DNA of 64,000 nt from the NCBI GenBank assembly GCA_000004695.1, contig CM000153.2, positions 4,704,001-4,768,000 on the forward strand. The letters run 5' to 3'. This stretch comes from Dictyostelium discoideum. Taxonomy: Eukaryota. The notes beneath the pieces were generated by a model. It was not told the origin of the DNA. It worked only from the letters and a program-made list of their open reading frames with translations, and searched no databases. Positions 63,646-64,000 of the stretch are shown here, in pieces (position 1 is the stretch's first letter; the number at the start of each line of letters is the position of its first letter). Position numbers and translations under genes: made by a program.

Positions 63646-63768
63646 AATATTTAAACCATTGTTGGTAGGTAAAAATAATTTATTATTATTATTATTTAAG
63701 TTACTATATATTGATAATTTATTTTTAAATTTATTTATTATTTTAAATTGTTTATTGATTTTAATCAT
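61267..63768 (-). CDS. Bifunctional pantothenate-pathway enzyme: N-terminal ketopantoate hydroxymethyltransferase (PanB) fused to C-terminal 2-dehydropantoate 2-reductase (PanE/ApbA).
   Basis: ATG at 63768; the track start 63777 is a TTG. The PanB part is [49 protein letters not shown]...VVGDMPFGSYE...VVGHIGLTPQT...GCFAIVLEMVP. A ~120-aa low-complexity linker follows. The PanE part is KIVVIGAGAMGSLFSAKLASKG (Rossmann GxGxxG)...AALTAATLVGGNPKAAVLTLQNGIGNRE...LVWNKVVANAAINPLSAVLGVSNGQLLE...YSSMLQDILRGQPTEVNSINGVIVKEGEKFDL. Confidence 0.8.
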
Positions 63769-64000
63769 TATTTCCAAAAAAAAAAAAAAAAAAAAAAAAA
63801 GGTGTGTTTTTTAACAAAATAAATTATAGTTTTTTTTTTTTTTTTCCTAAAATGTTTATTGTATTTATCGAAAAATTATTAAAAAAAAAAAAAAGTGTGC
63901 GAGTGACAAAAAAAAAAAAAAAAACTATAACTAAAAATATATTAATATAAAATAAATAATAAATAAATATTTAAAATAAATAAATAAAATTATGAAATAA

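Overview
This 64 kb window is eukaryotic nuclear DNA with the hallmarks of Dictyostelium discoideum. I estimate it at about 78% A+T with very AT-rich intergenic DNA. Coding regions are full of AAT, CAA and ACA triplet runs that encode poly-Asn, poly-Gln and poly-Thr. Introns are short, 80-250 nt, with GTAAGT- or GTATGT-type donors and AG acceptors. Several products match conserved proteins as I recall them: PTEN with an N-terminus MSNLLRVAVSKQKRRYQKNGYDLDLAY, cyclin K, MCM2, Vps41, Tsg101, a FANCJ-type helicase and a PARP.

I found no rRNA or tRNA genes, no CRISPR array and no recognisable transposon. Prokaryotic signal types (Shine-Dalgarno, sigma70 boxes, operons) do not apply here.

I annotate about 26 protein-coding genes, most on the minus strand, several with one to three introns that the six-frame track cannot show. 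Exon and intron coordinates are hand-derived from the sequence and ORF track and may be off by one or two bases in homopolymer runs.

The most interesting observations are these:
- A vault-PARP-like giant protein (BRCT, PARP catalytic, VIT and vWA domains) carries RNA polymerase II CTD-like YSPTSPS heptads, an RGG box and four ribosomal P-stalk tail motifs (acidic stretch followed by M/C-GFGLFD).
- A single open reading frame joins a SulP/SLC26 anion transporter with its STAS domain to a Mei2-type RRM, with a confirmed intron inside the RRM.
- The Tsg101/Vps23 orthologue is interrupted by an in-frame TAA inside the UEV domain.
- One 834-codon ORF fuses PanB (ketopantoate hydroxymethyltransferase) to PanE (ketopantoate reductase).
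- A tandem gene pair shares a TM segment, a Pro/Thr stalk and a C-terminal beta-trefoil-like domain; one member also has an N-terminal protein kinase, making it receptor-kinase-like.
- Smaller items include several microsatellites and candidate unannotated small genes in gene-poor gaps.
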